Source of the DNA: Promethearchaeota archaeon
GTDB lineage: Archaea; Asgardarchaeota; Heimdallarchaeia; Hodarchaeales; Hodarchaeaceae
Assembly: GCA_048938105.1 (NCBI GenBank)
Contig: JBHLMN010000008.1
Location: 96,001-160,000, forward strand
Direction of reading: 5' to 3'
Length of the DNA: 64,000 nucleotides
The stretch's first letter is position 1. Every line of letters begins with the position of its first letter. Below are positions 29,805-41,200 of the stretch, in pieces. A model generated the notes under the pieces. It saw nothing but the letters and a program-made list of their open reading frames with translations. It made no database searches and was not told the origin of the DNA. Made by a program: the position numbers and the translations under genes.

Positions 29805-31550
29805 TTGAACATACTAGATAAACAATTAAATGAAGAAGTTTTTTTAATGAAAGACCCAGCAATGGATGAAGAATGTAAGAAAAGGTATAATGAACTACTT
29901 CCCCGAATGTTTGATTATGTGGATCTCTACGCGAAAGAAAAGGGTTCAGATCTGGCACTCATCGAATATGACACTGGAGAAGAGATCACTTGGAAAGATT
30001 TTGCAACAAAATCAAAAGCGTTTTCTGCAAAACTATTGTCTATTGGTATGAAAAAGGGAGATATTATCGCCACCTCACTTCCATTATTAAAAGAAAATGT
30101 ATATTTGATGTACGCCTGCTATCGCATTGGAGTGATTATTGCACCCTTGGATCTGAGATTAAAAGCTCAGGAAATCAATCGAAATTTTGAAAAAATTAAG
30201 CCCAAAGTATATTTCTTCTTAGGGAAGACTGAGCGAGCAGATTTCCGACCAATGATTGCTGAAGTTATGAAAAATCATAAAGATTCCTGTAAATATTGGG
30301 TACAATTTCAAAAAGAAGAAGATCTTATTATGGATGGTGCTATCGGCATTACTGAATTTATCAAGGGTATTAAGGGAACATACATCAAAGCACTAATAAC
30401 AGGGAAGGTGAAAAAAGCGCAGAAACAAGTGGATAAACATGATCCTTGTTTGATTATCTTCACTACTGGTTCAACTGGATTTCCTAAGCCTGCGCTGCTT
30501 TCCCATTATAACATTCTAGTTCAAAATATTGGTCTTGCTGTTGGCTTTGGTATGGACGAAAAGGACATCATGTGTGTTAATCTTCCTCCAAGTCATGTTG
30601 GATGTACCACTGAGCAGTTAGCAACAACAATTTATAGTGGAGGCACTAGTGTGATCCTCCACATCTTTGATGCTGAAAAAACATTAGATGCTATCCAGAA
30701 ATACAGGATTACTGTGCTTGGCCAGATCCCTGCACTTTATGCGATGCAGTGGCGGCTCCCAAATTACAACGAGTATGATTTATCATCGTTACGCTTTGCA
30801 ATCTATGGTGGTCAGGCTGTTACTCGACCATTCCTTGAAAAATTAGCAACCATGGCCCCTGAAATGGGATCAGGATTTGGATTAACTGAAGGCGCTGGTT
30901 TTCTTACATATACTCCTCATGGTGGAACAGTTGATGATATTTTAGCCAGTATTGGTTATGACATTCCTATCAGTCCTATCTCAATTAGAGACCCTATGAA
31001 ATCAGATGGGTCAGTGGGTGATGAGAAAAATCCAGGCGAAGTTGGAGAGATCTGCTTCTCGGGTCCTCAGGTGTTTCTTGGGTATTATGGTGATGAAGAG
31101 AACACTAAAAAAGTTATTTCCACTGATAAAATCTGTTATTCGGGGGATCTAGGGTCTTACGACGATACAGGACTTCATTTTGCTGGTCGTGCCAAGTTTA
31201 TCATTAAACCTAAAGGCTATAATGTATTTCCGACCGAAGTCGAAGATTTTATTGAGCAGTCATTCAAAGGGAAAGTTGGTACTGTGGCCTGCGTTGGAAT
31301 TCCCCATGAAGTTTTTACTGAAGGAATTATGGCTTTTGTAGAGAAGGTTGAAGGACAAGAACTCACAATAACAGAGCTAGAAGAAATGATGAAGGAAATA
31401 GCAGCGTATAAGCGTCCAAGTCACTTTGAAATATTAAAGACAGGAGAAATCCCTCTTACTCGTGTTGGTAAAACAGATTATATGATTTTAAGACAGCGAG
31501 GCGAAGAAATCGCTCAAAAGCTGAGATCTGAAGGAAAATGGGATTCATAA
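29805..31550 (+). CDS. Acyl-CoA synthetase (class I adenylate-forming enzyme)
   Basis: FTTGSTGFPK, GFGLTE, GEI..SGP.VF.GY, SGDLG, GR.K..I..KGYNVFP.EVE and VGK. Confidence 0.92.
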   Translation: MNILDKQLNEEVFLMKDPAMDEECKKRYNELLPRMFDYVDLYAKEKGSDLALIEYDTGEEITWKDFATKSKAFSAKLLSIGMKKGDIIATSLPLLKENVYLMYACYRIGVIIAPLDLRLKAQEINRNFEKIKPKVYFFLGKTERADFRPMIAEVMKNHKDSCKYWVQFQKEEDLIMDGAIGITEFIKGIKGTYIKALITGKVKKAQKQVDKHDPCLIIFTTGSTGFPKPALLSHYNILVQNIGLAVGFGMDEKDIMCVNLPPSHVGCTTEQLATTIYSGGTSVILHIFDAEKTLDAIQKYRITVLGQIPALYAMQWRLPNYNEYDLSSLRFAIYGGQAVTRPFLEKLATMAPEMGSGFGLTEGAGFLTYTPHGGTVDDILASIGYDIPISPISIRDPMKSDGSVGDEKNPGEVGEICFSGPQVFLGYYGDEENTKKVISTDKICYSGDLGSYDDTGLHFAGRAKFIIKPKGYNVFPTEVEDFIEQSFKGKVGTVACVGIPHEVFTEGIMAFVEKVEGQELTITELEEMMKEIAAYKRPSHFEILKTGEIPLTRVGKTDYMILRQRGEEIAQKLRSEGKWDS

Positions 31551-31715
31551 TCATGTGACAAGATTAGTATCTAGTAATTCATTCTTCGGTCTTTTTTCCT
31601 GTTAAAAGGGAAAAAATTGTATTTATTATCAGAAAAGATTTGTTGGAATCAATAATATTATTATGCATTAATAAAATCGGTCTTGTGGGGATAACCTAAC
31701 GTATAGTGGTAAATT

Positions 31716-32531
31716 ATGACCCCTGACATACTTTTGTCCAATGATGATGGAATTTATTCCAGTGGAATTCGTGCTTTTGCTCGTGCTATTCACAAACATA
31801 ACTGGGATGTCACTATTATAGCTCCCCGTACTCAGCGCTCAGCAGAAGGGAAAGCAATTACTTTTGATCAACCAGTGAGAATGCAAGAGGTTCCTCTGTC
31901 TTATCTCGATGGCAAAACAGGTTGGCGGACTACTGGAACCCCTGCGGATGCTGTGATTCATGGAGTCTATCAACGGGCTAACGGGGGAAAACCTCCTTTT
32001 GATTTAATAGTTTCAGGTATTAATGCGGGAGAAAACACCTCTGTTCATTCTGTTTTAACATCAGGAACTTGTGCAGTCTCTTTTGAGGCAGCACTCCTTG
32101 GTTTTCCTACCATTGCATTTTCAATGGATGTGGATGAACACCTTTTTTTTGATGATTCTGCTGATCCTCCAGGGTTGGAGATCGCTGCAGAAACAGCCTG
32201 TGAGATTATGAGTAAAGTAATGAAAAATGGGTTTCCTCAGGACGTTGGATTCTTAAATGTGAACTTTCCTAATAGCATATCCAGCGATACACCAATTGAA
32301 ATCTGTCCAATGGCAATGACAAAGTATCGTGATTACACAATCCGTCGGGAAGATCCCCGAGGAGTTCCTTATTATTGGATTTGGGGGGAAACACTTGATA
32401 TTCCTCAAAATACTGATGCTTATGCAGTATTAAAGAAAAAAGTGACAAGTATCACCCCTATAACCTTATATTTCGATGGACGTGAAAATCCAATGATTAA
32501 ACGATCTTTAGACTTTTTAAAACGAGGATAA
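31716..32531 (+). CDS. surE: 5'/3'-nucleotidase SurE
   Basis: ILLSNDDG, AP..QRS, GTPADAV, VSGINAGEN, SGT and DPRG.PYYW. Confidence 0.95.
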   Translation: MTPDILLSNDDGIYSSGIRAFARAIHKHNWDVTIIAPRTQRSAEGKAITFDQPVRMQEVPLSYLDGKTGWRTTGTPADAVIHGVYQRANGGKPPFDLIVSGINAGENTSVHSVLTSGTCAVSFEAALLGFPTIAFSMDVDEHLFFDDSADPPGLEIAAETACEIMSKVMKNGFPQDVGFLNVNFPNSISSDTPIEICPMAMTKYRDYTIRREDPRGVPYYWIWGETLDIPQNTDAYAVLKKKVTSITPITLYFDGRENPMIKRSLDFLKRG

Positions 32532-32636
32532 ATTAAATCTTACTCAAGTAATTTCTATTTGTCATTCCTTTAGTGACACGATACGAGAAATGGGAGGCCT
32601 TTTACTCTTATTTATAATCACTTTTACAATTCAGGC

Positions 32637-32650
32637 AAAAAAAAAAAAAA
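32637..32650 (-). terminator. Long oligo-T (minus strand) terminator
   Basis: A-run of about 14 nt on the + strand, downstream of the 32703..35000 gene and between convergent genes. Confidence 0.5.
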
Positions 32651-32702
32651 GAATAAAAAGGAATGGTGATTATATCCACTAGTTTTTTTCAAACACTTCT
32701 TC

Positions 32703-35000
32703 TTATGAATATTTACGCTTTTTAATTATCAGAGTGACCACTGATAAGAAAATTACTGAACTTATTAACCCAAATCCAGGAATACCCTCTTCAGATGACG
32801 AAGCTGGAGGCCCTGATGTCTCTGACTCACGTGGTTCAGTCCCAGCATAAAATGCCGAATACGCTGGATCATGAGTAACTCCTTCGCCACTCCATGTTGG
32901 ATAACTTGTTATCACCAAATTCTCTCGAAAAAGCCAAGAAATATCTGTTGTATGAGTATCCGCTGACCACTGAGTTAGCGCTACTGCAAGTCTCTTAGAT
33001 ATAGGTGATGTGTAGGGATTTCTTTCTGTTTGATTAGTGGGTTCGCCCGAAAAACCTTCAGCTGTAAGAAGATTTAGAACTGATGTGCCTGAGTTGTAAA
33101 GAGTCCCAGGATTATTATGTAAATAATACTTTTCTTTAACACCACCAAAGTTTTGCGAGTAAAGATCCTTTCCTGCTACAGTCATATCAAATTGAGATTC
33201 AGGTCGAGCAAAGGATCCTGACATATCAGCGCCAATTTTAGTCATACTGAGGTAGTAATCTCGGTGATAGGTAGCCATGCTTATTTGTTGTGAACTCATC
33301 ATCTGCTTCAATTCAGCATCTTCAATTTCTGATTGCTGATAAGTGCTCTCTAAGATAGCTTCTCCTGAAACTGGATCGATAGTTAAAGAATAACTATATG
33401 TTATATCAGTTACATCAGTGAAAATACGTTCTAATGTATCATTCTTTGCCCACCATGTCATTGGTATATCAGCGTAAGTCGTTTCCCATTCAAAAGTAGC
33501 TTTTCCACCTGACTCGGTAGGCTCAGTCCAGGTTAAGCTCACAGTTGGATCTAAATCGGAGAGTCGAGGATCATATCCCCAAGTTTCATCAATAACCTTA
33601 TCGACAGTCACCGTAACGGATGATTCATTATCAGCGAAAATTTGATCACCAAGAGAGAAATAAACATCCGCATTAGCAAAACCATTGGCATAGTAAGTAC
33701 CCTCAAGATGAGCACCTTCGGGAAAACCAACTGCCATAAGAACATCTGGTGAGGCAATTTGCGACTCATTTAGAAATGCAGTTAGAATTTCATCACCATC
33801 AACATCCTTGTATCCAATAACTCGACCAGGATTAAAGTTACCCCAGACCGCAATATTGGGGGATTGGCTTGTAGAAGCTTTTGTTAAAAGAACTTGTGTC
33901 ATGCTCTGAATAGCTCCTTGGCCATAGAGAACACCTGATTCATTGGCATAGTTATCCCATTCACCCTCAAGGCGAAGACGTAACGATTGGAGCCAGATTG
34001 GTCGAATTGATTCGGGAACTTTTGAATCATTTGTGGCGAATCTAACTTCTCGTGTCAGGTTACTAGAAAGATAACCTTTCAAAGTGAAACCACCCTCAAA
34101 CTCGTAATCAACATTACCTTCAATTAAGGCAAAATAATCAAACCAATAATTAGATCCATCTTTCACAGATACATGTTGTCCATGCAAGTTCTCTTCCCAT
34201 GTACCTGAGAAATTAAATTGCCCTGACAGGGAAGCTGCTACCTTAGTTGTTTCATCCACATTAACCGTATATTTAGTTGTCTTAACCCTCACCAAGACAA
34301 AGCGAGGGTTCAATAACTCTTCAAAGACTACTTCATCGTCACTGGGATCAGGCGTTCCCTTATCATAGGAGTAAGTAATATGATAGCTAGGTATATCAAT
34401 ATAGTCATGGATAGTACCGAGCCAATCTTTCATTGGTACGGATTCGGGATCTCCAACGGTTAAATTAGCATAAGAAGTCTTCCACGTTTGAATTAAAGCT
34501 ATTTCTGCAAGACCAACATCAATTCGCCTACCAAACCATGAATAATTAGCTGCTTGTCCAAAAATTCCAGATTTCCATCCTGTGACCGTAATACCTGCAT
34601 ATCGAAACCATGCACCACCTTGACCAGTTTTATTGTTTAAATACCCATCAGCACGATAGCCTAGCCAATTTTGGGGAGAACCAGGTAATTCCCAGGAAGC
34701 GCTGGGAGCCACTTTTGACCGATTAGTCCAACGTTCCCAGAAAATATCTTGAATTTCCAGTCCAGTACGGATTGGAACCTGCAAAGTGTAATTTTTAGTT
34801 TTGGTATTGGACTCACTTTCAGAAAAAGAATCTGAGTAAGCAACGGACTTTGTGAAGTCTCTCGTTTCTTCTCCATATTCCCAATCAAACCCATAGAATG
34901 TTCCAGATGTTTGAATCTTTGCTGATACAGGGTTTAATGATGATTGTGTAACGAAGAGTAAGAACACAAGGACGAAAAATATCATTTTATAGCATTTCAT
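32703..35000 (-). CDS. Secreted beta-rich surface protein with a PGF-CTERM anchor
   Basis: Signal peptide (..NPVSA/K), many N-x-S/T sequons, and C-terminal IPGFG-TM-KKRK. Confidence 0.8.
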   Translation of the reverse strand: MKCYKMIFFVLVFLLFVTQSSLNPVSAKIQTSGTFYGFDWEYGEETRDFTKSVAYSDSFSESESNTKTKNYTLQVPIRTGLEIQDIFWERWTNRSKVAPSASWELPGSPQNWLGYRADGYLNNKTGQGGAWFRYAGITVTGWKSGIFGQAANYSWFGRRIDVGLAEIALIQTWKTSYANLTVGDPESVPMKDWLGTIHDYIDIPSYHITYSYDKGTPDPSDDEVVFEELLNPRFVLVRVKTTKYTVNVDETTKVAASLSGQFNFSGTWEENLHGQHVSVKDGSNYWFDYFALIEGNVDYEFEGGFTLKGYLSSNLTREVRFATNDSKVPESIRPIWLQSLRLRLEGEWDNYANESGVLYGQGAIQSMTQVLLTKASTSQSPNIAVWGNFNPGRVIGYKDVDGDEILTAFLNESQIASPDVLMAVGFPEGAHLEGTYYANGFANADVYFSLGDQIFADNESSVTVTVDKVIDETWGYDPRLSDLDPTVSLTWTEPTESGGKATFEWETTYADIPMTWWAKNDTLERIFTDVTDITYSYSLTIDPVSGEAILESTYQQSEIEDAELKQMMSSQQISMATYHRDYYLSMTKIGADMSGSFARPESQFDMTVAGKDLYSQNFGGVKEKYYLHNNPGTLYNSGTSVLNLLTAEGFSGEPTNQTERNPYTSPISKRLAVALTQWSADTHTTDISWLFRENLVITSYPTWSGEGVTHDPAYSAFYAGTEPRESETSGPPASSSEEGIPGFGLISSVIFLSVVTLIIKKRKYS

Positions 35001-35508
35001 ATGATTTCATTCCAAAATTTATCTTCACAACTGGATCCATTAGCTGAACGGCTTAATTTGGATCTTTGTGAATTTCGATGTATATTTTATTTTTTACCTT
35101 GTCTCTTTTTAAGAGGAGCTTTATAGTGATATAGAGGGGGATAGTTCAAGAGTTCTAGAAAATTTGGTTTAATTAGCTTAAACTTTTTATTGAAGTGATA
35201 GAAGATAGCTGTATAAGAGAGATGTTAAAAATTGTCTCAGTATCTCGTTTGATCTCTTACCCAGAGAAATACTTGTCATACAACCCAATAAATGTGTTTT
35301 TTTGTCAGAAAATTCCTGTAATGTTCTTGTTACATTTTAATGAAAAGATGGTATAGGAAATTTCTAAATCTATATTTATATTTTGAAAAGACGATTTTAT
35401 TACGTATTATATCCGAGCTTTTATATATCTTCATAGAAAAACTCTCTAAATACTTATTAACAGAAATTATTGATATTTATTAATAAAAATTATTGGTGGT
35501 CGGTTTAG

Positions 35509-35718
35509 TTGAGTGAAAAAGGTTTCTTAAGTAGGTTCACATGGCGTGAATACCTCCTAGTTGGCGGATTACTGATTATTTGGGCTACAGCTGCTTTCTT
35601 TTCCTTTCAAGCATTTAGTAATGATGATATCAATACCGTAGGATGGATCCTGTTTCTTGGTGTTATTTGCACAGGAGCACTTTTGATTATCATAGCACTT
35701 GTTGAAAGAATCTTTTGA
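35509..35718 (+). CDS. Small 2-TM membrane protein (paralog of 42619..42840)
   Basis: GGTGG RBS, two hydrophobic helices, and TW..Y.L..GLLIIW shared with the paralog. Confidence 0.72.
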   Translation: MSEKGFLSRFTWREYLLVGGLLIIWATAAFFSFQAFSNDDINTVGWILFLGVICTGALLIIIALVERIF

Positions 35719-35887
35719 TGAGAGATCTCCTCCATCAATTCATTTTTTCACCAATAAGCTTAACGTTAGTAGTTGATATGGAGAATTAAAAAGCATCCTT
35801 CTAATCTCTAAGACAATATTTTTAATTGAAATTCTGAAAGAACGTGATAATTAGTAATCAACTATCACTTTTCCATAAAATAGTGGG

Positions 35888-37132
35888 TTGATTTTTATGA
35901 AGATAACTCAAGTTGAATTATTTCATATTTCCATCCCTCTTAAATCTACATTTTATCCTTCTTGGATTCCCGGTTACCCTCAGACACATAATCGTTTCAC
36001 GCTACTGAGGTTAACTACTGATACTGATATAACTGGAATTGCTACTGGAGTAGCATTCGGGGAAGAACGGGAAGGTTTAGGTGGATTACTAGCTCCTTAC
36101 ATTCTTGGACTTGATCCTTGTGATCTAGATTTAGCCCACCAACGAATAATTGAAGCTTCCTTCTTAGGCTGGAGAAATTTCTGGATGGAGAGTGCTTTCT
36201 ATGATATTAAGGCGAAAATTGAGGATATTCCAGTTTGGAAAATGTTAGGTGGTACAAGTGATCCAATCCCATTTTATTGGTCCACTGGAGCAACATGCCA
36301 GCCAAAGCGTCATTCTAAGGTAGTCAAACAAGCTCAGGAAGCTGGATTCAAAGGAGTTAAACTTCGTGTCAAAGCTAAAACCTTAGCTGAGGATATATCC
36401 GCAATCAGAGAAACACGATCTCGTGTTGATCAAGATTTTCCTCTGATGGTTGATGCAAACCAAGGTTGGTTGGTAACCATTGTTGATCGAACACCTGTAT
36501 GGGATCTTAACCGAGCTCGACAGTTTGTGGAATCAATAGAAGATCAAAATATTTGGTGGTTAGAAGAACCGTTAGAGATGCATAAATATGAAGAATTGGC
36601 TGAACTGCGAAAATCCAGCTCAATAAAGATCGCGGGTGCTGAGTTAAATGCAGGCTGGCATGAAGCTCGGATGTTTCTTCATTTCGATAGTCTCGATCTT
36701 TATCAACCTGATGTGACTGTTTTTGGTTTCAAAGATACATTGAAGGTCATTGAAGCTACGAAGAAGCAAAGATTGGGTTTTAGCCCTCATACTTGGACAA
36801 ATGGTGTTGGTTTGTGGATCAACCTCCACACTTCCGCATTAACAGATCGTAAGTTTCCATTGGAGTATCCCCACGAACCAGGGTCATGGACTCCCGAATA
36901 TCGCGACGGAATTCTAAAATCCCCAATTGTACCTAATGAAGAAGGCTATATAGAACTCCCAGAAGAATCAGGTCTTGGTATTCAAATCGATTGGGATAGA
37001 GTAAAGAAGTTTGGAAGGAAATTCTTTTCCATGACAGAAGGAGATTTAAGAAAGAAGGTCATGAAAGAAAAAGGAATTGTAGCTGCGCTTAAATTAAAAC
37101 GTAGGAAAGATAAAGAGGCAAAACAAGCGTAA
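35888..37132 (+). CDS. Mandelate racemase/muconate lactonizing enzyme family (enolase superfamily)
   Basis: KITQVE, GF.GVKLR, LMVDANQG, WLEEP, IAGAE, QPD, PHTW and P..SGLGI. Confidence 0.9.
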   Translation: MIFMKITQVELFHISIPLKSTFYPSWIPGYPQTHNRFTLLRLTTDTDITGIATGVAFGEEREGLGGLLAPYILGLDPCDLDLAHQRIIEASFLGWRNFWMESAFYDIKAKIEDIPVWKMLGGTSDPIPFYWSTGATCQPKRHSKVVKQAQEAGFKGVKLRVKAKTLAEDISAIRETRSRVDQDFPLMVDANQGWLVTIVDRTPVWDLNRARQFVESIEDQNIWWLEEPLEMHKYEELAELRKSSSIKIAGAELNAGWHEARMFLHFDSLDLYQPDVTVFGFKDTLKVIEATKKQRLGFSPHTWTNGVGLWINLHTSALTDRKFPLEYPHEPGSWTPEYRDGILKSPIVPNEEGYIELPEESGLGIQIDWDRVKKFGRKFFSMTEGDLRKKVMKEKGIVAALKLKRRKDKEAKQA

Positions 37133-37216
37133 AACAACCTCAAAAGTCGTTTTATTTGGAGGCTTTATCCTTGTTTCTTTCAAGATAATTACTCAATCCT
37201 TCAAAATAAATTATGT

Positions 37217-38245
37217 CTAGAATTTTGCTCCACAAGTACTACACAATTTGTTTAACACAGGATTTGTGAGTCCACATACTGGGCACTCCTTGGTTTCGGT
37301 AGGTAGCTCTTCTGTGGATTCTTCACTTATGGGTACCAAAGGAGTCAATATAAGATTTGATTGGTTTTCAATATCAATTGACCATAGATTTCCAAATAAT
37401 GATCCTAGCTGTTGAGCTATATGTTCAGGAATCGTTATTCGATGGTCACTGTCCATCATTACCATTCGAGACATGTCCAACTGTGATAGATCGATCCCTT
37501 TGCCATGCTCACCTAGTAACAAGCCATCCCGAAGCTCAATACTTCTATCTGCGTAACCTGCCACATGATTACTATGTGTGGCAATTAGGAAAGTCATTCC
37601 TGTATCACGATTTAGTTGTTTAAAGAGCTCGAGAAGCTTGACGCTGGTTCTAAAGTCAACGTTTCCAGTAGGTTCGTCAGCTATAATAAGTTTCGGATTA
37701 TTTGCCATAGCTCTTGCGATAGCCACACGCTGTCTTTCACCCCCACTTAAACGGCTAGCTAATTGATTTTTTCTATGCAAAACTCCCATCAAATCTAATA
37801 ATTCTAGTACTCGCTTCTTCCTGGCGGAATATGCAATTCCATTGATCGCCATGGTTTGATTAATGTTATCAAAAGCTGATAGGTCCGGAAGTAGGTTTCC
37901 CTCCTGAAATACATATCCTATTTTTTCACGGCGGAATAGAGTTCGATCTTCTTCAGGTATATTGGTAATATCCTGTCCCTCGAAGAATAAGGAACCAGCA
38001 GTTGGAAGCATTAGTCCTCCTAAGATTTGTAGTAAAGTTGATTTTCCAGATCCAGAAGGACCAACAATAGCCACGAATTCCCCTGAATGAAGCTCAAGAC
38101 TTACGCTCTTCAGGGCGACAACCGATGCATGTTCGGCTTTACCTTTGTAGATCATATAGAGGCTTCGAGCTGATAATAATGGATGGGGAATCGAAGTAGG
38201 GCCTCCTGTTTTTCGATTTCTCATTTTCCCGTTCTCTTCACTCAT
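37217..38245 (-). CDS. LolD/MacB-type ABC ATPase with C-terminal AbrB-like and Zn-ribbon extensions
   Basis: [24 protein letters not shown] and ATH; tail MMDSDHRITIPEHI...LILTP and CPVCG..N....CSTCG. Confidence 0.9.
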   Translation of the reverse strand: MSEENGKMRNRKTGGPTSIPHPLLSARSLYMIYKGKAEHASVVALKSVSLELHSGEFVAIVGPSGSGKSTLLQILGGLMLPTAGSLFFEGQDITNIPEEDRTLFRREKIGYVFQEGNLLPDLSAFDNINQTMAINGIAYSARKKRVLELLDLMGVLHRKNQLASRLSGGERQRVAIARAMANNPKLIIADEPTGNVDFRTSVKLLELFKQLNRDTGMTFLIATHSNHVAGYADRSIELRDGLLLGEHGKGIDLSQLDMSRMVMMDSDHRITIPEHIAQQLGSLFGNLWSIDIENQSNLILTPLVPISEESTEELPTETKECPVCGLTNPVLNKLCSTCGAKF

Positions 38246-38257
38246 ATTTCTTCACCT

Positions 38258-41200
38258 CTATAATTCTCGGATGACCGTTGATATTTTGGCCTTTGAAGCG
38301 CCACGAACTGAGAGAAACGTTGCGAAGAGCATCGCTAAGAAGGTAATGGATATAGTCACGAGCAAGTTTACCCAATCAAATACAAGTAATCTCTCAATTT
38401 GAGAGCCACCAGCTAATGTACTCAATGGGGTGATAAAGAGATTAAAAAAGTCAAAAAATCCATTAAACAGGATCGAAAGGCCTAAACCGATAAATAAGCC
38501 CCAAAGAACTGAAGTGAGGAGTAATACGATGGTTTCGCTAAAAACAACTTTGTAAATTTGGCCTTGAGAGGCCCCATAACTTCTTAGGATAGCGAATTCC
38601 TTTTTACGTTTCTCCATCAAGATACTCATAAAAATAAATGTCGCGAATGTTGCTGCTAACAGCGAGATCACGAAATCAGCAGTCAAAAGTCCTGGGATTC
38701 CATAATCCATTTGTTGTAATTCGGTAGATTTTCGCATTTCTTCTTCAAAAGTATCAACTGATGTGATCCAGTCATTTTTAGGCGACATGAAAATCCCTTT
38801 AATATCTTCAACATCGGCTCCTTTCTTAACTTTAATTAAATATTTTGAACTCAAAACTCCCTTGGAGTCTAATCTTGAGAGGGTTGACAGATTCGCTAAA
38901 GAATTAATGAGAGTATGGTCAACAATTATCCCATTACTTCCGATTCCGCTCGGTGTGTGATCAAACACCCCTAGAATTGTGAGTTCCTGAGAAAGATAAC
39001 CATTTTGGATTCCCAAATTTTCAAGAGTGTTATTCCTAAGGTCTGGAAATCCACCGTTATCAAAATCAGGCATCGTACCATCCAAGTAATAGGTTAACAT
39101 GCTTATGTTGATCTTTTGGTTTTCTTTGAGGTTATTCTCTGAGAAAATACTTTGACCCACTAGACATCCTTTTTGAGGATTGTTTGCAAGTGATTCCAAA
39201 ATATCTTCTTTGTTTCCACCTTCAGAGAATGCATCACTATGCCACATTCCGACTGTACCATACACTTCAGCATCAACACTATGAATGATGATAGAAGCAC
39301 TTCCCAACGTTCCTGACGTGGTCATTATTGCCATCACGTCCTCAATATCAGGAGATAAATCTTTTATATCTGAGATTGTTGTTGTAGATAGTGATAAGGT
39401 TGTTGTAATGACCATATCGCTACCAATATCGAATTCAACAAGACGTTTCTGGTGAATTTCACCCGTACCTCCTTGAACAGCAGCTAAAATGCCGAAAGAA
39501 ACTGTCAAGGCAATGATGAGAGCTAATCTTGGCATATCACCTGATTTTCGAAATATATTACCTTTAATCAAAATAGAAACATCTTTCAGAAATCCGATAC
39601 GCTTGACTATTGGATCCGTTTTGGAGGGTATCCAGACCGCTAACCGAGCTACAACAGCAGCTCCACCGATCCAGTATAAAAATGGTCCTGAAAGTGCGAG
39701 AAGAATTGTAGCTGGTCCTAGGTCTATTGAAACTCCAGATTCAACCAAAATGGTGAGAACAAGTGTTACGAAACCTATCACAAAAAATACTATGTCAAGA
39801 TTATTCCTTTTAAGGAAATTTTCTTTTTCCCCCTCACCACGACGTACTGTCTCTGTGATTTCCATTTGGATGAAAGTATTTGACTTACCATTGACCATGG
39901 CCATGAGAATGATCACGATTAATCCACCAACAACAAAAAACGCAATTTGATCGATTTCACCAATTATGGGCATTAATCTTAGAAAATCGGGCAATTGAGA
40001 TAAGGCAGTGTCATTCACTGGCAAAGAAGATTCGCCCCATTTCATAAACCCTGTTGCAGATCCAATAATCCAAGCTCCCAAGACTGCAACGATGTAACCT
40101 ATGAATAAACCGAGAGCAGCTAAGAGTAACGCTTCCATCATTACTTTTCTCTTGATTTGATTAGGAGAAGCTCCTTGAGTCTTTAAGATCCCAATCTGAT
40201 ATCGTCTTTCATGTAAGGAAAGATCAATTCCAAAAGATAGGAGGTAAAGTGATAAAATTGCGACTGGAATCGTCAACATGGCATCGAAAAAATAGATAAA
40301 GATACTCATAAGTTGGAATGGGGCTAATTTGCCTTCAACAAGGTTAGTACCTACTATATCATCAGGATAGGAAAGCTGATAATCATTGATGATCGAATTA
40401 ATCTGCCCGCTAACTCCTGCTGGATTAGCAAAATTGAATTCCTTATTTGATTCATCTATTTTCAAAGCACAATATCTCATTTCTTGTTGTATTAATAGTT
40501 CTAAGAAATAAGTTTGATCACCGCCATGGTTTGAATCTTCAAATAGTTCTTCTGGCAGATAAATTTCACCCCCACCCCCAACTGATGTTTCTTCAAGAGC
40601 TCCAGAAAATATTCCTGCTGATGCTTCAGATTCGCTAGCCATTATCCCCGCAATGGTGATATTTGTCAAAGTAACTGATCCAGCTATCTCTCGTTCATTA
40701 AAAGGATAACTTGGATCATTAGGATCCTCAACCTCAATTTCTAACGTTATTCTCTTTAGTTTGTTCCCTTGCTGTACCTTGGCACTTTCAGCTAAGGATT
40801 CGGAAATCAGAACACCATGATAATTTGGATTTGATTGGGTATAAATTTCCGGATTCCTCCCTGTAATAAGTTTGTCTCGGATGTTTATACCGATCTCACT
40901 GACATAAAAGGCTTGGGGAAAAATTCTACCTTGAGCACCGCTGTGATTCTCATTGTCATATTCGACTTGTATTTCTGCGGTGAGATAGGCAAGAGTGTAT
41001 ATGTTTGTCCCAAAATCAGTCGTTACTACCTCTGTTCTTCCGTCACCGAAAAGAAGTTGAGCATCAGAGATAAGGGGATTATCCTCAAATTCTTGACGAT
41101 AGGCTTGTATTTGAGAGTCGCTTACACCCTCCTTGAAATCCATACGAATCTCGTAGGGGGATCCTTCGATAATAGTAGTGTATACATTTGCCATTAGAAC

